A stretch of 64,000 nucleotides of DNA from Bdellovibrionota bacterium. GTDB taxonomy: Bacteria > Bdellovibrionota_C > UBA2361 > CALJRW01. Below the pieces are notes generated by a model that worked only from the letters and a program-made list of their open reading frames with translations, was not told where the DNA came from and searched no databases. Both the position numbers and the translations under genes were made by a program. This document shows positions 37,080 through 47,623 of the stretch, piece by piece (position 1 is the stretch's first letter; the number at the start of each line of letters is the position of its first letter). Location: NCBI GenBank assembly GCA_041740355.1, contig JBGSMD010000011.1:1-64000 (forward strand). The letters are read 5' to 3'.

Positions 37080-38144
37080 TTATCTTTGAGAATCATTATA
37101 ATCCACTACGATGACCTTTGAAGGTATATAACGATCAGAGCTAAATTTAAAGTCTCCAAAGGTAACAGTTTTAAACTGATTGTTTAAAAGATAGCTTTGG
37201 ATTTCAGTTCCGGTTTGTTGACCACTTTTAAGAGCTGTGAGTACAGCGTTAATTGTATCATAGGCATTAGAGGCTGTTAGGATTGGCTCATGCCCAAAAC
37301 GCGCTACAAATTTCTCTTGAAATGTATCATCACTTAACAAGAACTTACTATAAATTAATTGCGGTAGGTAAGGTAAAAAGGCTTTGTTTTTTAACCAGCC
37401 CTCGCCATCATGTACTGAAGCAATTTTTACTTTTGGTAAATGCTGTCGAATTTGTTTTAGAAGTGCGGAAAGCGATCTTTCATCCCAGACAAAAAGTATT
37501 AAAACATCAGGGATATTTTTTTTCAGCTTTAATAAAGCCGCATTAAAATCAACTTCTCCTGATTGCATACCTAAATCGATAACTGGGGCAGGAACATTTT
37601 GTAACAAAAGTTTGCGAATCATTTCGGCAAATGGCTCTTGCTGATAAATTAAACCGATCTTCTCTAAGCCTCTTTTTTTAAGCACATCAACTAAAACCTT
37701 AATTTCTAAGGTAGAATTGTGATAATAAGTGATTGGCCACTCGGCATTCTCTTTAGTAAAGGATTCTTTGGAAGCACTCGGTGTTACTAAAAGAATACCC
37801 TTTTGCTTTGCCAAGGGGACAACTGCTTGATAGGTGTCGAGCCATGTTGGCCCTAAGATGACCGGTGGATTATTAAGTGCAAGTTTTTGAAAAGCGGATA
37901 AGATTTGTCTTTGATTTGTTTGGGTATCTTCCAGCTCTAAGGAAATCATTTTGCCGTTTAATCCACCCTTAGCATTCCATTCTTCAATTGCTAAGGTGTA
38001 AGCTTCAAGTTCAACTTTACCAAAAACAGCCGAAGCTCCGGTCAGTCCAACCATTGCGGGAATTTTAAATTCTTCGGCAACAATTGAACTTGTTAAGATT
38101 ATTATAATTAGAAAAAGATTCAGGAGCGATTTGATTATAAACAT
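37080..38144 (-). CDS. LivJ/LivK-like periplasmic substrate-binding protein
   Basis: Signal peptide, LTGASAVFG, WNAKGGLNGKMISLELEDT, AYD. Confidence 0.87.
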   Translation of the reverse strand: MFIIKSLLNLFLIIIILTSSIVAEEFKIPAMVGLTGASAVFGKVELEAYTLAIEEWNAKGGLNGKMISLELEDTQTNQRQILSAFQKLALNNPPVILGPTWLDTYQAVVPLAKQKGILLVTPSASKESFTKENAEWPITYYHNSTLEIKVLVDVLKKRGLEKIGLIYQQEPFAEMIRKLLLQNVPAPVIDLGMQSGEVDFNAALLKLKKNIPDVLILFVWDERSLSALLKQIRQHLPKVKIASVHDGEGWLKNKAFLPYLPQLIYSKFLLSDDTFQEKFVARFGHEPILTASNAYDTINAVLTALKSGQQTGTEIQSYLLNNQFKTVTFGDFKFSSDRYIPSKVIVVDYNDSQR

Positions 38145-38232
38145 AAGTAATAACTTTATTTTCTAGTTTGAATAGTTAATGCTACTAGATTATTCTAAAC
38201 TGGATAATTTTCAAATAGAAATGTTGAATATG

Positions 38233-39411
38233 CTAATTACGATTTGTTTTGATAATTTCAATAATAGAATCGGCTTCTGCTCCATGCAGATCGGCTAGTC
38301 TTTCAGGTAAGCCGTCTCGTGACTGTAAGAAACGAATAGCATCATTCACTACAGGGACAATCTCAGGCCAATCCGGTCTAATAGCGATTGATTCTTCAGC
38401 TAAGTCTAGTAGGGTCTCTTTCCTATTAAAGATCGCTTGTAAGTCTTTAGGTTGTTTCTTTGCTGTTAAAATCGCCGTCATCGAGTTTGTAAGAAATAAA
38501 TGCGCCGGGCGATTTAGCCCTCGAAGCGTCACTCTTTCAATGCCTTCCTCATCTGAGGAGCAAAGGATTAATGATTCATCAGATCTTTTTAGTTTAGTAT
38601 TAGCGATTAGGTGGGGGAGTGAATTTCTAAGAACAGCAATCTTATATTTCTCATCACGAAGTTCTGGAATAATTTTTGGTTCTGGTAGATCTGATAAATC
38701 AGTACTTTTTCTTTTACGCATGATTGCGGAAATACCTAAACGATAAATTGGTAGCGAAAAATGTATTTGGGAACCAAGATTTGGCACGATCATAGTGGGG
38801 CCAAATAAATCAATTTGCCCCGAAGCTAATTTAGCTCGGTATTCAGCAAATGGAACATACACTAGTTCAATTTCTTTTTGTAAAGCAAGCCCTAGCATCT
38901 TACAAAACTCTGGATAGAAGCCAGTGTGCTTATTGTCACTAGGTGGAGTTTGCGATCCAAAAAGCCAATAGTGATTATAGTTCACGCCCATGCGCAGAGG
39001 TCTTCCCGTCAGCAAGTCCTTAACATTCTTCTGGTGCATTTCACTGCGTACTACATTTCGAATTAAATTAGCAAAGCTATCAGTATTAAAATTTAGTGAA
39101 ATTAATTCGTTGGCAGCTTTATTTTTTTCGGTAATAGTTAAGTTGGCTAGGTAAGGAAATTCTTCTTCGATTCGAGCAGCTGAAAAAATTTGCTGACCAC
39201 TAACATCTAAATTAAATGCTAGGAGGACAAGCACTGAGCGACCTGGGATTCTCCCGTAAGTTTTAAGTTGCGAGAGGTAAGCAGGTGTTACTCCACATTT
39301 TTGAGCAAGCTCAGTATAATCACCCTTTTTCTTTTTCCATTCTTCTAGGGGGTCAGCTAAAAGTTGCTTTAGCTCATTAGAACATTCGAAAGTTAATTTT
39401 TTGGTCTTCAT
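38233..39411 (-). CDS. XRE-type HTH regulator fused to a type 2 (SBP_bac_3-like) ligand-binding domain
   Basis: ELAQKCGVTPAYLSQLKTYGRIP HTH; GFYPEFCKMLG..LASGQIDL..IHFSLPIY binding-protein motifs; no signal peptide. Confidence 0.7.
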   Translation of the reverse strand: MKTKKLTFECSNELKQLLADPLEEWKKKKGDYTELAQKCGVTPAYLSQLKTYGRIPGRSVLVLLAFNLDVSGQQIFSAARIEEEFPYLANLTITEKNKAANELISLNFNTDSFANLIRNVVRSEMHQKNVKDLLTGRPLRMGVNYNHYWLFGSQTPPSDNKHTGFYPEFCKMLGLALQKEIELVYVPFAEYRAKLASGQIDLFGPTMIVPNLGSQIHFSLPIYRLGISAIMRKRKSTDLSDLPEPKIIPELRDEKYKIAVLRNSLPHLIANTKLKRSDESLILCSSDEEGIERVTLRGLNRPAHLFLTNSMTAILTAKKQPKDLQAIFNRKETLLDLAEESIAIRPDWPEIVPVVNDAIRFLQSRDGLPERLADLHGAEADSIIEIIKTNRN

Positions 39412-39681
39412 ATTAAATAGGTTTGTTTCGGACTTTGTCTAGATATTAATTAACTATAGATGCAACTAGTTAGTCAATAATTTGATTATATTCATAATTA
39501 TATCCTACTTACTATCATATAATCTACTTAAAGTTTTATTTTGCATAATTTATATAAATTATATCAAAATAATTTTCATTTAGTAAGAGCAGGTTTTCAT
39601 CTAGAAATGCCTTAAGAGAGGTTAGTAAAGCTCCAATTCAGAAGCCGATCAAACCTAAGATTAACTTTTAAAGGATAAATA

Positions 39682-40461
39682 ATGTTACAACATCAAGGAC
39701 CAGTAGAAATGTCACTAAGGGATTTCTTTTTCGGGTCAGGATCCAGTAAAAAAACAAGTACTCAGGCGGTAGCAGCTCCATTACTTTCTAGTTCTCAAGT
39801 CCAAGAAGCTAGGATATTAGATGCTAAGTTGCAAAATTTTGAGTTCCCCGAACCTGGACTCACTAATCGTTTGCTTGAAGAACAAGGCTGGAGCAAGCAG
39901 TTTATTGCTAAGGCAAAGCAGGAGTATTTAAGGTTTATGGTGCTAGCCGCATCCGCACCAAATGAGGTTACTCCTTCACTAGTAGTAGATGAAGTTTGGC
40001 ACACACACTTAATGTTTTCTAAGTCATACATTGAGGACTTATGCCTTAAAAATATTGGCAGGATTATCCACCATAGCCCAGGCACCGGAGAAGCAGCTCA
40101 TGATGCCAAATATCAAGGACAGTATCTAAAAACTCTGGCGACATATAAACAAGTTTTTGGAGAAGATGCCCCCGTTGATATTTGGATCCGACCAAAACAA
40201 GAAATAGCTACTACTAGAGAAAGTTCTAATAATAACTATGCTGCAACTGATAGTGGTGCAAGTGCCGGTAGTTCAACTACGAATGATTCCTGGTTTTGGC
40301 AGTCACTTTTCTCAAGTGGTTCTAATGACTGTACCCATGATAGCTCAAATGACTCTGGTAGTAGTGGAAGTGACAGTGGAGGAAGTGGTGCTTCATCTTG
40401 CGGAGGCGGCTCTTCTTGCGGAGGAGGTGGTTGTGGGGGTGGAGGATGTGGTGGAAGCTAA
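39682..40461 (+). CDS. Glycine-rich-domain protein (GRDP/TIGR04222-like) with Gly/Ser/Cys tail
   Basis: EYLRFM, PSLVVDEVWHTHL, IHHSP, TLATYKQVFGEDAPVDIW; ends SSCGGGSSCGGGGCGGGGCGGS. Confidence 0.8.
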   Translation: MLQHQGPVEMSLRDFFFGSGSSKKTSTQAVAAPLLSSSQVQEARILDAKLQNFEFPEPGLTNRLLEEQGWSKQFIAKAKQEYLRFMVLAASAPNEVTPSLVVDEVWHTHLMFSKSYIEDLCLKNIGRIIHHSPGTGEAAHDAKYQGQYLKTLATYKQVFGEDAPVDIWIRPKQEIATTRESSNNNYAATDSGASAGSSTTNDSWFWQSLFSSGSNDCTHDSSNDSGSSGSDSGGSGASSCGGGSSCGGGGCGGGGCGGS

Positions 40462-40534
40462 CCTCTCAAACGTGCTTGACCTCTCATTTTAGCTAACACT
40501 CCTGTTAGCTCTATTAATTAAATCAACTGATAAA

Positions 40535-42001
40535 TTAAACTTTCCTTTTATTACGGAGGACCTCAGCTATTTTTCTGCGAAGCAAGTTTTCCTTATTTTT
40601 TATTTTTCCACTAGTTTCCGCAAACCATTCTTCACTATTTAAGTGAATTACTGAATATCCCCGGGCCGTAAATATTTTATCTTGTAAGATGTCATTTCCA
40701 ACATGCCCTTCGGAAACTTGTCGATTAATAAAGTGATAGGGCACGCCGTCACATTCAATAATTAATTTTAAATCAGGATTCTTTATTGTCACCACAAAAT
40801 CTACGACAACTCCATCAATGTTTTGGTATTGATTGACGTTAATTTTATTACCTTTTTGATTTCGAACACTTAGGTTTTTTAGAACCTTTTTTAAGGTATT
40901 ATTTACTTCTAGTTCAAAGCCATTTACTTGGGATAATTGCTTTTCTTGATCTTTTAAAGAGAATTTAATTGGAAAGGGATCTTGTCTAACTCCAAGAGCC
41001 ACCACTGTTTGGTGTAACTGTAGATTGCCAAAAACCGAATTTCCTTCATTCTTAATCGCAGACATACTTTGAAGTAGAAAGATCTTTGCCAAATCTTCAT
41101 TTAAAATTGTTAAGCACCAGGCAGCATTTGCAATAACTTGAGTCCAGTTTTTTTCGGGACTTTTTGCTAGCTGATCAGTAATCACATTCGTAAGTTTTTC
41201 GGTAAGAGCCAGATCCGTAATACGCAGAACTGCTAAACTGCGCAGGGTTTCGGTCACTGTTTTAAAAGATAATACTTCGACCTTTTCCTTTAAACCTTTT
41301 ACTAATGATTGTGAAAATTTTAAATCTCTAAAATTTGCTTTTGCAAAGCAAATTTGCAGTTTAGCAAAATCTTCAATTTGATTCGATCCTTTATCATTAG
41401 TCAGCATTTGCTGCGCAGCTTCGGCAAGGATTTGATATGCTTTCAAGTTAAAATGACCAGAATTTAATAAGCATTTAGAAAATTGTTGTAACTCTTTAAC
41501 TGAAGATGCTTTAATTGTGGGGGCATTATTCTCAATATACTCGGCGACAGTGATACCTAATATTTTATAGGAAATGTTTTCTTGTTGAAGAATATTTAGA
41601 ACTCCACAAAGTTTTTGAGTAGACCATTTTGTTGATTGATCTTTAATTAAATTAATTGTCCGATCGATTAATGTACTCTCTAATTTTAGACCGAGTGCTT
41701 GATAGGCAGCTAAGAAATTAGGAAATTCTTTGATCGTGGTTTTGTCTAAAAATGTAGCTTGAGCAAAATGCGCGCCAAGATTTAAGTTTTTAATTTTCTC
41801 TCCAATTACTCTTTTAAATGTTTGTTTATGCTTGTCAGTCAAACCTAGATAATTATTATAGATTTTAGCAACAAAAGAGATGATTGTTTGTGGCGGAAAA
41901 ACTGCTCGTGTCTGAAAAGTTTGGAGTTCTAGTTCAAAAGCTTTAGGATTAAATGCCGAATGATCAGGGGGCAGATTGTTAGGGTCTATTTTTGCCGACA
42001 T
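40535..42001 (-). CDS. Helical-repeat protein with C-terminal RAP (FASTK-like) domain
   Basis: Alpha-helical repeats (CFAKANF, SLAVLRI, IANAAWCLTIL, QLHQ) then VVDF...IIECDGVPYHF...QDKIFTARGYSVIHLNSEEW. Confidence 0.7.
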   Translation of the reverse strand: MSAKIDPNNLPPDHSAFNPKAFELELQTFQTRAVFPPQTIISFVAKIYNNYLGLTDKHKQTFKRVIGEKIKNLNLGAHFAQATFLDKTTIKEFPNFLAAYQALGLKLESTLIDRTINLIKDQSTKWSTQKLCGVLNILQQENISYKILGITVAEYIENNAPTIKASSVKELQQFSKCLLNSGHFNLKAYQILAEAAQQMLTNDKGSNQIEDFAKLQICFAKANFRDLKFSQSLVKGLKEKVEVLSFKTVTETLRSLAVLRITDLALTEKLTNVITDQLAKSPEKNWTQVIANAAWCLTILNEDLAKIFLLQSMSAIKNEGNSVFGNLQLHQTVVALGVRQDPFPIKFSLKDQEKQLSQVNGFELEVNNTLKKVLKNLSVRNQKGNKINVNQYQNIDGVVVDFVVTIKNPDLKLIIECDGVPYHFINRQVSEGHVGNDILQDKIFTARGYSVIHLNSEEWFAETSGKIKNKENLLRRKIAEVLRNKRKV

Positions 42002-42060
42002 CTTTTTTTACAACTTAAGCTAATCAAGTTATGAGCAGTTAGAATAAAGTGTGTGATCAT

Positions 42061-42203
42061 ATAGAAAGTCAAAAAGTAATATACGTTAGTAAATTACTTT
42101 TTGGGTGTTATCTCCCGCGGAGATACAATAAAATCATATAGATAATACAAAAAAATTTACTGAATTTTATAAATAGATCATCAATTTTTTGGAATAACTA
42201 TAT
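42061..42203. repeat. Dispersed hairpin repeat, copy 3
   Basis: CAAAAAGTAAT/ATTACTTTTTG, TATCTCC/GGAGATA, long imperfect third hairpin ending TTTTTTGGAATAACTATAT. Confidence 0.8.
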
Positions 42204-42280
42204 AAAAAGCGATTATGCGTGTTGATGCAAGTGCCAATTTGAACACTAAAACTCCATCTGATTTACAGGCTTGTAGTGAA

Positions 42281-43426
42281 TCAAACTGAAATATAAAGAA
42301 AGCTTGCTCCAGTTGTAGTATGAGGCGTAAGTTCCTGGATTATTCTAGTTTGTAGAGCGAGATCTAACATGTAAAATGTTTCATTAGCTCCATCCGTTCC
42401 GACAAATGTTCCATTATTTGTTTTAGAAATTACCATTACAGCACCAGAGGATAGTTTTGCGCTAAAAGCTACGGCATCTAAGCCTAGTCCTCCGCTGCTT
42501 GTAGTAAAGTTATGGAAAATTTTGTTAAGTTCAGTCGATTCTAATGGTTTACCACGTGTTCCCTTTGTGTTTTCTGCACCATCATAAACACCCAGTCCAT
42601 CATCAATAACCGCTAAAACTTTTACATGCGCAATATGGAGAACTTCACAGATCACATTTTCTTTGGCAAATCGTTTAGCGTTACGAAGAAACTGATGCAT
42701 TGCAAAATGCTCAGTTGAAGTCAATTCGGCAATTTCAGGTTTAATTTCAAATGTTAAATTAATTCTTTCAATCTGAGAAGATCCGAGGTCAGTTTTTCGT
42801 CGATAACGACTAGTGTATATATCTTTTTGAGGGGCATATTCCTTTAAATCCTTAATTGGGACAACGCCTTGAAAATTGGACATACCTTCACTTAAGATAA
42901 AACTTATTTGTGTAATAAGGGTTTCATAAAGCGGAAGGTTTTTGATAATTTTGGGTAAGCATAATTCCTTTATTGACCGTAGATTCTGTTCGGAGGTTTT
43001 TTTGATCTTTAATTCCTCAATGAAATTTTCGAAAGCAGCTAAGAAGATAGCTAAATTGGTCCGAATATCATGTCCTGGGATAGCTAATGCAATTCGCAAG
43101 TGATTTGGACATTTAATTTCTTCACTATCAAATTTTTTTGTTTGCTTAATGCTCCAAGAAATAATTTCAGTTGTTACTTCTTTGATTTGATCGTGAAACT
43201 TTTCTAATTTGTGGAGTGATTTTTTCTTCTTACCTGTTAATACTTCTTCAATCGCATTATCAGCTAAAGCAATAAGCTCTTGAACAGTTGGAAATTTTGG
43301 TGCAGCTAATAATATTTTTAAGCCCTTAGTAATCGCAGTTTTAATATCTTGAGAATAAGGAGAGCGGTTTAATCTTAAACTCTTAAGTTCTGTAGATCGG
43401 GAATCCTTTTGAGGGGCAGGTTTCAT
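42281..43426 (-). CDS. Protein with C-terminal GHKL/HATPase_c-like ATP-binding domain
   Basis: N-box QFLRNAKRF, G1 VIDDGLG, F-box KIFHNFTT, G2 GGLGL; no obvious H-box. Confidence 0.65.
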   Translation of the reverse strand: MKPAPQKDSRSTELKSLRLNRSPYSQDIKTAITKGLKILLAAPKFPTVQELIALADNAIEEVLTGKKKKSLHKLEKFHDQIKEVTTEIISWSIKQTKKFDSEEIKCPNHLRIALAIPGHDIRTNLAIFLAAFENFIEELKIKKTSEQNLRSIKELCLPKIIKNLPLYETLITQISFILSEGMSNFQGVVPIKDLKEYAPQKDIYTSRYRRKTDLGSSQIERINLTFEIKPEIAELTSTEHFAMHQFLRNAKRFAKENVICEVLHIAHVKVLAVIDDGLGVYDGAENTKGTRGKPLESTELNKIFHNFTTSSGGLGLDAVAFSAKLSSGAVMVISKTNNGTFVGTDGANETFYMLDLALQTRIIQELTPHTTTGASFLYISV

Positions 43427-44220
43427 GGAAATAACTTTTCAACATTAAAAAATCTTAGCGACTAGATGTTACAAGTATTTTGGTTTTAATCAACACGCCA
43501 GCTAGATATTATCATTCATATAAAGCTCCAGACTGGCATACTTAAAAGAACTGCATAATTCCGAAATTAGCCTTTGATTCATTTAATTTATTTATATAAA
43601 TAAGTTTTTATCTTTAACTTGATTATAGAGAAGCTGATTACTTTGAATTCTATCAATCTTAAATTTTATCATCCAAGGCTGTATGTTGGTAAGTTTATAT
43701 AAGTAGTGTTAAAGTTTGTTTTCAAATAAATGCTATCGATCGGTAATTTTCTTAGTTTTGGTAAAGTCAAGTATTATTGGATATTGCTTTAGTAATTGAT
43801 CAGGCAGATAGGGCAAACGATATGGTAGATAAATACTGCGATTTAAAATTTTATATCATTTTAAAATAATTATCTTGGCGTCAAAATACTTCTAAAATAA
43901 CTTATTTGATTATAAGAAATTAAAACTACTTGTAAAACGTGAGCTACTAATAACTTCAAAATAAGCAATTTCTTGTAACAGGCAACTCGCTCGCAAGAAA
44001 GTTGAGTCTGACTTAATTCAATCATACTGAGACAAGCGGCCATTAGAGGAAGAACTAGAGAATTGTGAACCTTTGTAGTGTTTAAGACATGAGGTAAAAA
44101 TATAATATTATCCGAGTTGTTTATGAGTAGTATTAATTGGAACTGCATTATTTTGGATATCTAGCGCTCACGGCTAGTGTCAGGTAATCTCAAAAGGACA
44201 ATAGTAAGCGTAAATAGAAA

Positions 44221-45489
44221 TTAAAAATTCATTATTTTCAATAGCTTTTTACTACAAATAACAGGTTGTGACTTTGAGATTGACCATAGTTTTGATTCTG
44301 GATTTATTAATAGAGTTTTATTAAAGCCACAGGGATAGATCGAAACTCCCAAAATTTGCATATATAATGAGATAATTAACAAAAGAGTAAATATTAATTT
44401 CTTAAATTTTGTTAACAACATTCCTGATTGAGTGCTTATTGCTAAAGCAATTATTAAACTTGGAATTGCCTCAATCATTAAACGATACCCATAAGTATGA
44501 CCTCCCCACCACACGAACCATTGTGCATTGATACAAAGCAATAATAGAGAGCCAAGTAGAAAAGATTTTATTAGTGTGTAATTGGCCTGTTGAAAGAATT
44601 TCGGTAAGGAAACAATACTGAGAATAAAAATAGGTGTATAAACAAATATTCCTCGGCTAGGACTAACTAGTGTTCCTGCCAATCCATTAATAAAGTTGCC
44701 ATTAAAAGCAGATATGCCGTAGACGCCAGTATTGCGATATTCAAAAAATGAGCCAAGGTATACGTTTGCATACCAGATCATCAATAAAACAGGTAGTGTT
44801 CCGCCAATACAGAAGAAGCTTACACTCTTACGATCTGCCATCATCAAATAGATTATTAGTGTGATTGCAAAACATATATTAGTTGGACGATTCCAAACAG
44901 CAAACCCTATCATGATACCAGCGAGAAGTATTAAGTAATTCTTTTTGGTAAGTAGTAAGAGGATGCCTAGATTTAGAAAACACAAAGAAGGTGCATGTTG
45001 CCATAATGATTGGCTAGCAACACTCCAAATGTTTGTAGTAAAGGCATAAATATAGGCAAAGAAAATTGCAATCCTGAGATTAACAAAATGTACTAGAATT
45101 AAGAATAACAAACTGACTGAGATTGCGGACAGGCCTGTTGCTGTTATGTGCGAAAGATAAAGTTGATTTTTTTTAAGTTTGAGATCTAAGCCAAGTTTAT
45201 GAGCAAATAAATACACAGGTACGTTTAGTATCCCAGGAATAATTGAATAAGAGGAGACTATCCGATTGTTTATACTCTTATATTGATAAGGGAGTGTTTC
45301 TTGTCGTTCAAAAAATTCATCAAAGTCTAAATCCATTTCATTAAGAATACTTACTGGTAGTCTTTCTGCTGGTTCAGTGTCTCCTGATTGTAGATATTCT
45401 CCAAATTGTAAATAAAAAAAGAAAGTAGAAAGAAAAATAACGATCGTTAAAAAACTATTACTAGGAGCATTCATTTTATTATAAAGCAA
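44221..45489 (-). CDS. GT-C-fold (ArnT/PMT-like) membrane glycosyltransferase
   Basis: ~11 TMs, SGDT in the first loop, SQSLWQH, RPTN, LVSPSRGIFVYTP, WWGGHTYGYR. Confidence 0.65.
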   Translation of the reverse strand: MLYNKMNAPSNSFLTIVIFLSTFFFYLQFGEYLQSGDTEPAERLPVSILNEMDLDFDEFFERQETLPYQYKSINNRIVSSYSIIPGILNVPVYLFAHKLGLDLKLKKNQLYLSHITATGLSAISVSLLFLILVHFVNLRIAIFFAYIYAFTTNIWSVASQSLWQHAPSLCFLNLGILLLLTKKNYLILLAGIMIGFAVWNRPTNICFAITLIIYLMMADRKSVSFFCIGGTLPVLLMIWYANVYLGSFFEYRNTGVYGISAFNGNFINGLAGTLVSPSRGIFVYTPIFILSIVSLPKFFQQANYTLIKSFLLGSLLLLCINAQWFVWWGGHTYGYRLMIEAIPSLIIALAISTQSGMLLTKFKKLIFTLLLIISLYMQILGVSIYPCGFNKTLLINPESKLWSISKSQPVICSKKLLKIMNF

Positions 45490-45622
45490 CTATAGCTGGA
45501 TGAATGTAAATTTTCATTCAATGAATTTAGGTTAAAATGAAGAACCAGTGAAGCATGAAATTCAAGATGCGCTTGGAACTCTTTTCCGCTTTGTTAAGTA
45601 ATTGGTGTAAAAGGAGAAAAAA

Positions 45623-45696
45623 TGCGCCCGCCGCGATTCGAACACGGGACCCTCTGCTTAGAAGGCAGATGCTCTATCCAACTGAGCTACGAGCGC
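45623..45696 (-). tRNA. tRNA-Arg(TCT), CCA not encoded
   Basis: GCGCTCG/CGGGCGC acceptor stem, TAGCTCAGTTGGATAGAGC D arm, TCTGC-CTTCTAA-GCAGA anticodon arm, GTTCGAATC T loop. Confidence 0.97.
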
Positions 45697-45895
45697 ATAA
45701 ATATTGGTTTTAATTGAAGTTGAAAATAAAATCTAATAAAATTAGTTACTTATTATTATCACACTTATGTAAAAACTATATATAACAGTTAATTATTAAT
45801 GGATCAATTCAAGGATTAGAATTGATAGGTCGATAGAATTGTATTCATGGATGAATCTGTTGTAATTAACTGTTGTTGTTTAATGCTGTATTTTA

Positions 45896-47623
45896 ATGGC
45901 TGATTCATCTCAAGCTACACCTAAAGGAAAGATTTTTGACTCCCGCTATCAAATTTTTGAGATAGTAGGTCGGGGTGCAAGTAGCGTTGTATATCGTGCT
46001 AAACACGTTCTGAATGACGATAAAGAAATTGCCCTCAAAGTTTTACTTCCCAACAAAGGCAAAGAACACAACTCTGATTTATTACGTCACGAATCATTAG
46101 CCTTAATTACGGCACGTCATAAAAATGTCATTCGCCTAGAAGATTTCCGTTCGGTTGATTCTATTTGTTATTTAGCAATGGAATATGCACCCGAAGCTAA
46201 CTTAAGCGTTTACTGTCAAAAACAAGAGACTAGAATTCCAGTTGCACAAGCGGAAAGATTTTTTATGCAAATTACGGAAGCCTTAGCGTTCTTGCATAAC
46301 ATCGGAATGTTACATCGGGACATTAAGCCTGAAAATATTCTAGTAATTAATAATCGCCAAGTTCGTTTATCAGATTTTGGGGTTGCGACTCTGCCTGGAC
46401 AAACAACAACGTCGGATGAATTACAGAAAGGAGTTGGAACTCTTGATTACATGGCACCAGAAATTTTCAAAGGCGAAGCCTCAGGACCTGGTTCTGATGT
46501 GTATTCATTAGCCTTAACATTCTATGAGATTTTTTCTGGACATCATCCATTTAAGAATTTATCACTGGCACAAGCAATGGATGCGCGTGAACAGATGTCG
46601 ATTGCACCACTTCATGTTATTAACAAGGAAATCCCAGTACATCTTTCTAAAGCGATAAGTATTGCTTTAGAAGGAGATTTAGAGAAACGCTTTTATAATG
46701 CGATTGAGCTTTTAAATTTCTTAAAAAACAAAGATCAGATAATTGCGGAAGAAGCTGCGATTGCTGATCCGCTTGGCGAGTTAGTTCAAGAAGTTCCCGT
46801 TGTTCCTGTAAAGCCAGTTGTTAGCAAAACTCCAACTGAGAAAATTCAAGTTAAGTTGGCCCCAGAGCCCAGATTTGAATTTGGAGCACCAGAAAAGAAT
46901 CAAGTTGAAGTTGAGGAACAAGCCGAAAATTGGGATGACTATGATGAAGAAGAATTCGCTGATTTGGAAGATCTAACAATTGATTCTAGTTCTGAAAATA
47001 ATACAGATTATGTTCATGTTTCTCCTCCCGAAGTTGTAGAAGATTTTTATGACGAACTCGAAACAGCACAAGAAGAAGTTCATGGACATGCCGACCGTGA
47101 TACACCAGCAAACTACAATGATTTTAATTATCAACAACCAGTTTTAAATGATCGCAGGACACCACTTTGGCAGACCTTGCTGTTTTATTTGGTTGCCATT
47201 GGTGTTGGATATTTTGCTTACCAAAGTTTTTTCGCCGGATCTGCTGAGTTAAGTCCAGAGTCGCAAGTAGCAGGTAATGAAACTACTAATGATAGCGAAT
47301 TGAATTTCCCTTTATTGCCAGCAGGGATTTACTCTGGAGCAATCAATGGCTTAACTTCGCAGGGAAGTACGCCTTTAACTTTAATTTCTTTACCAAATAG
47401 TAATCAAATCGCGGTACTAGTCGGTATTCCAGGATGGCAGCCAGTTTTAATTGATGCCGAAACTTTAGAAGCTAAGGGCACAAGTGGCCTGTTAAGTGTA
47501 AAATCAAATGGTATAGTTTTACATTTGCAAGGATCTGTTGTTGATGGAATAATCAGTGGTACCTATAAAAATAATACTAATAATACTGAAGGCACATGGT
47601 CGATCACTCCTGCACAAAGTTAA
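45896..47623 (+). CDS. Hanks-type Ser/Thr protein kinase, membrane-spanning
   Basis: GRGASSVVY, ALK, HRDIKPEN, DFG, GTLDYMAPE, DVYSL; acidic linker, one TM, extracytoplasmic beta domain. Confidence 0.95.
   Translation: MADSSQATPKGKIFDSRYQIFEIVGRGASSVVYRAKHVLNDDKEIALKVLLPNKGKEHNSDLLRHESLALITARHKNVIRLEDFRSVDSICYLAMEYAPEANLSVYCQKQETRIPVAQAERFFMQITEALAFLHNIGMLHRDIKPENILVINNRQVRLSDFGVATLPGQTTTSDELQKGVGTLDYMAPEIFKGEASGPGSDVYSLALTFYEIFSGHHPFKNLSLAQAMDAREQMSIAPLHVINKEIPVHLSKAISIALEGDLEKRFYNAIELLNFLKNKDQIIAEEAAIADPLGELVQEVPVVPVKPVVSKTPTEKIQVKLAPEPRFEFGAPEKNQVEVEEQAENWDDYDEEEFADLEDLTIDSSSENNTDYVHVSPPEVVEDFYDELETAQEEVHGHADRDTPANYNDFNYQQPVLNDRRTPLWQTLLFYLVAIGVGYFAYQSFFAGSAELSPESQVAGNETTNDSELNFPLLPAGIYSGAINGLTSQGSTPLTLISLPNSNQIAVLVGIPGWQPVLIDAETLEAKGTSGLLSVKSNGIVLHLQGSVVDGIISGTYKNNTNNTEGTWSITPAQS

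Noticed and set aside
43870-44148. 92-aa ORF
   Set aside because: No motif or ribosome-binding signal; likely spurious or a remnant.
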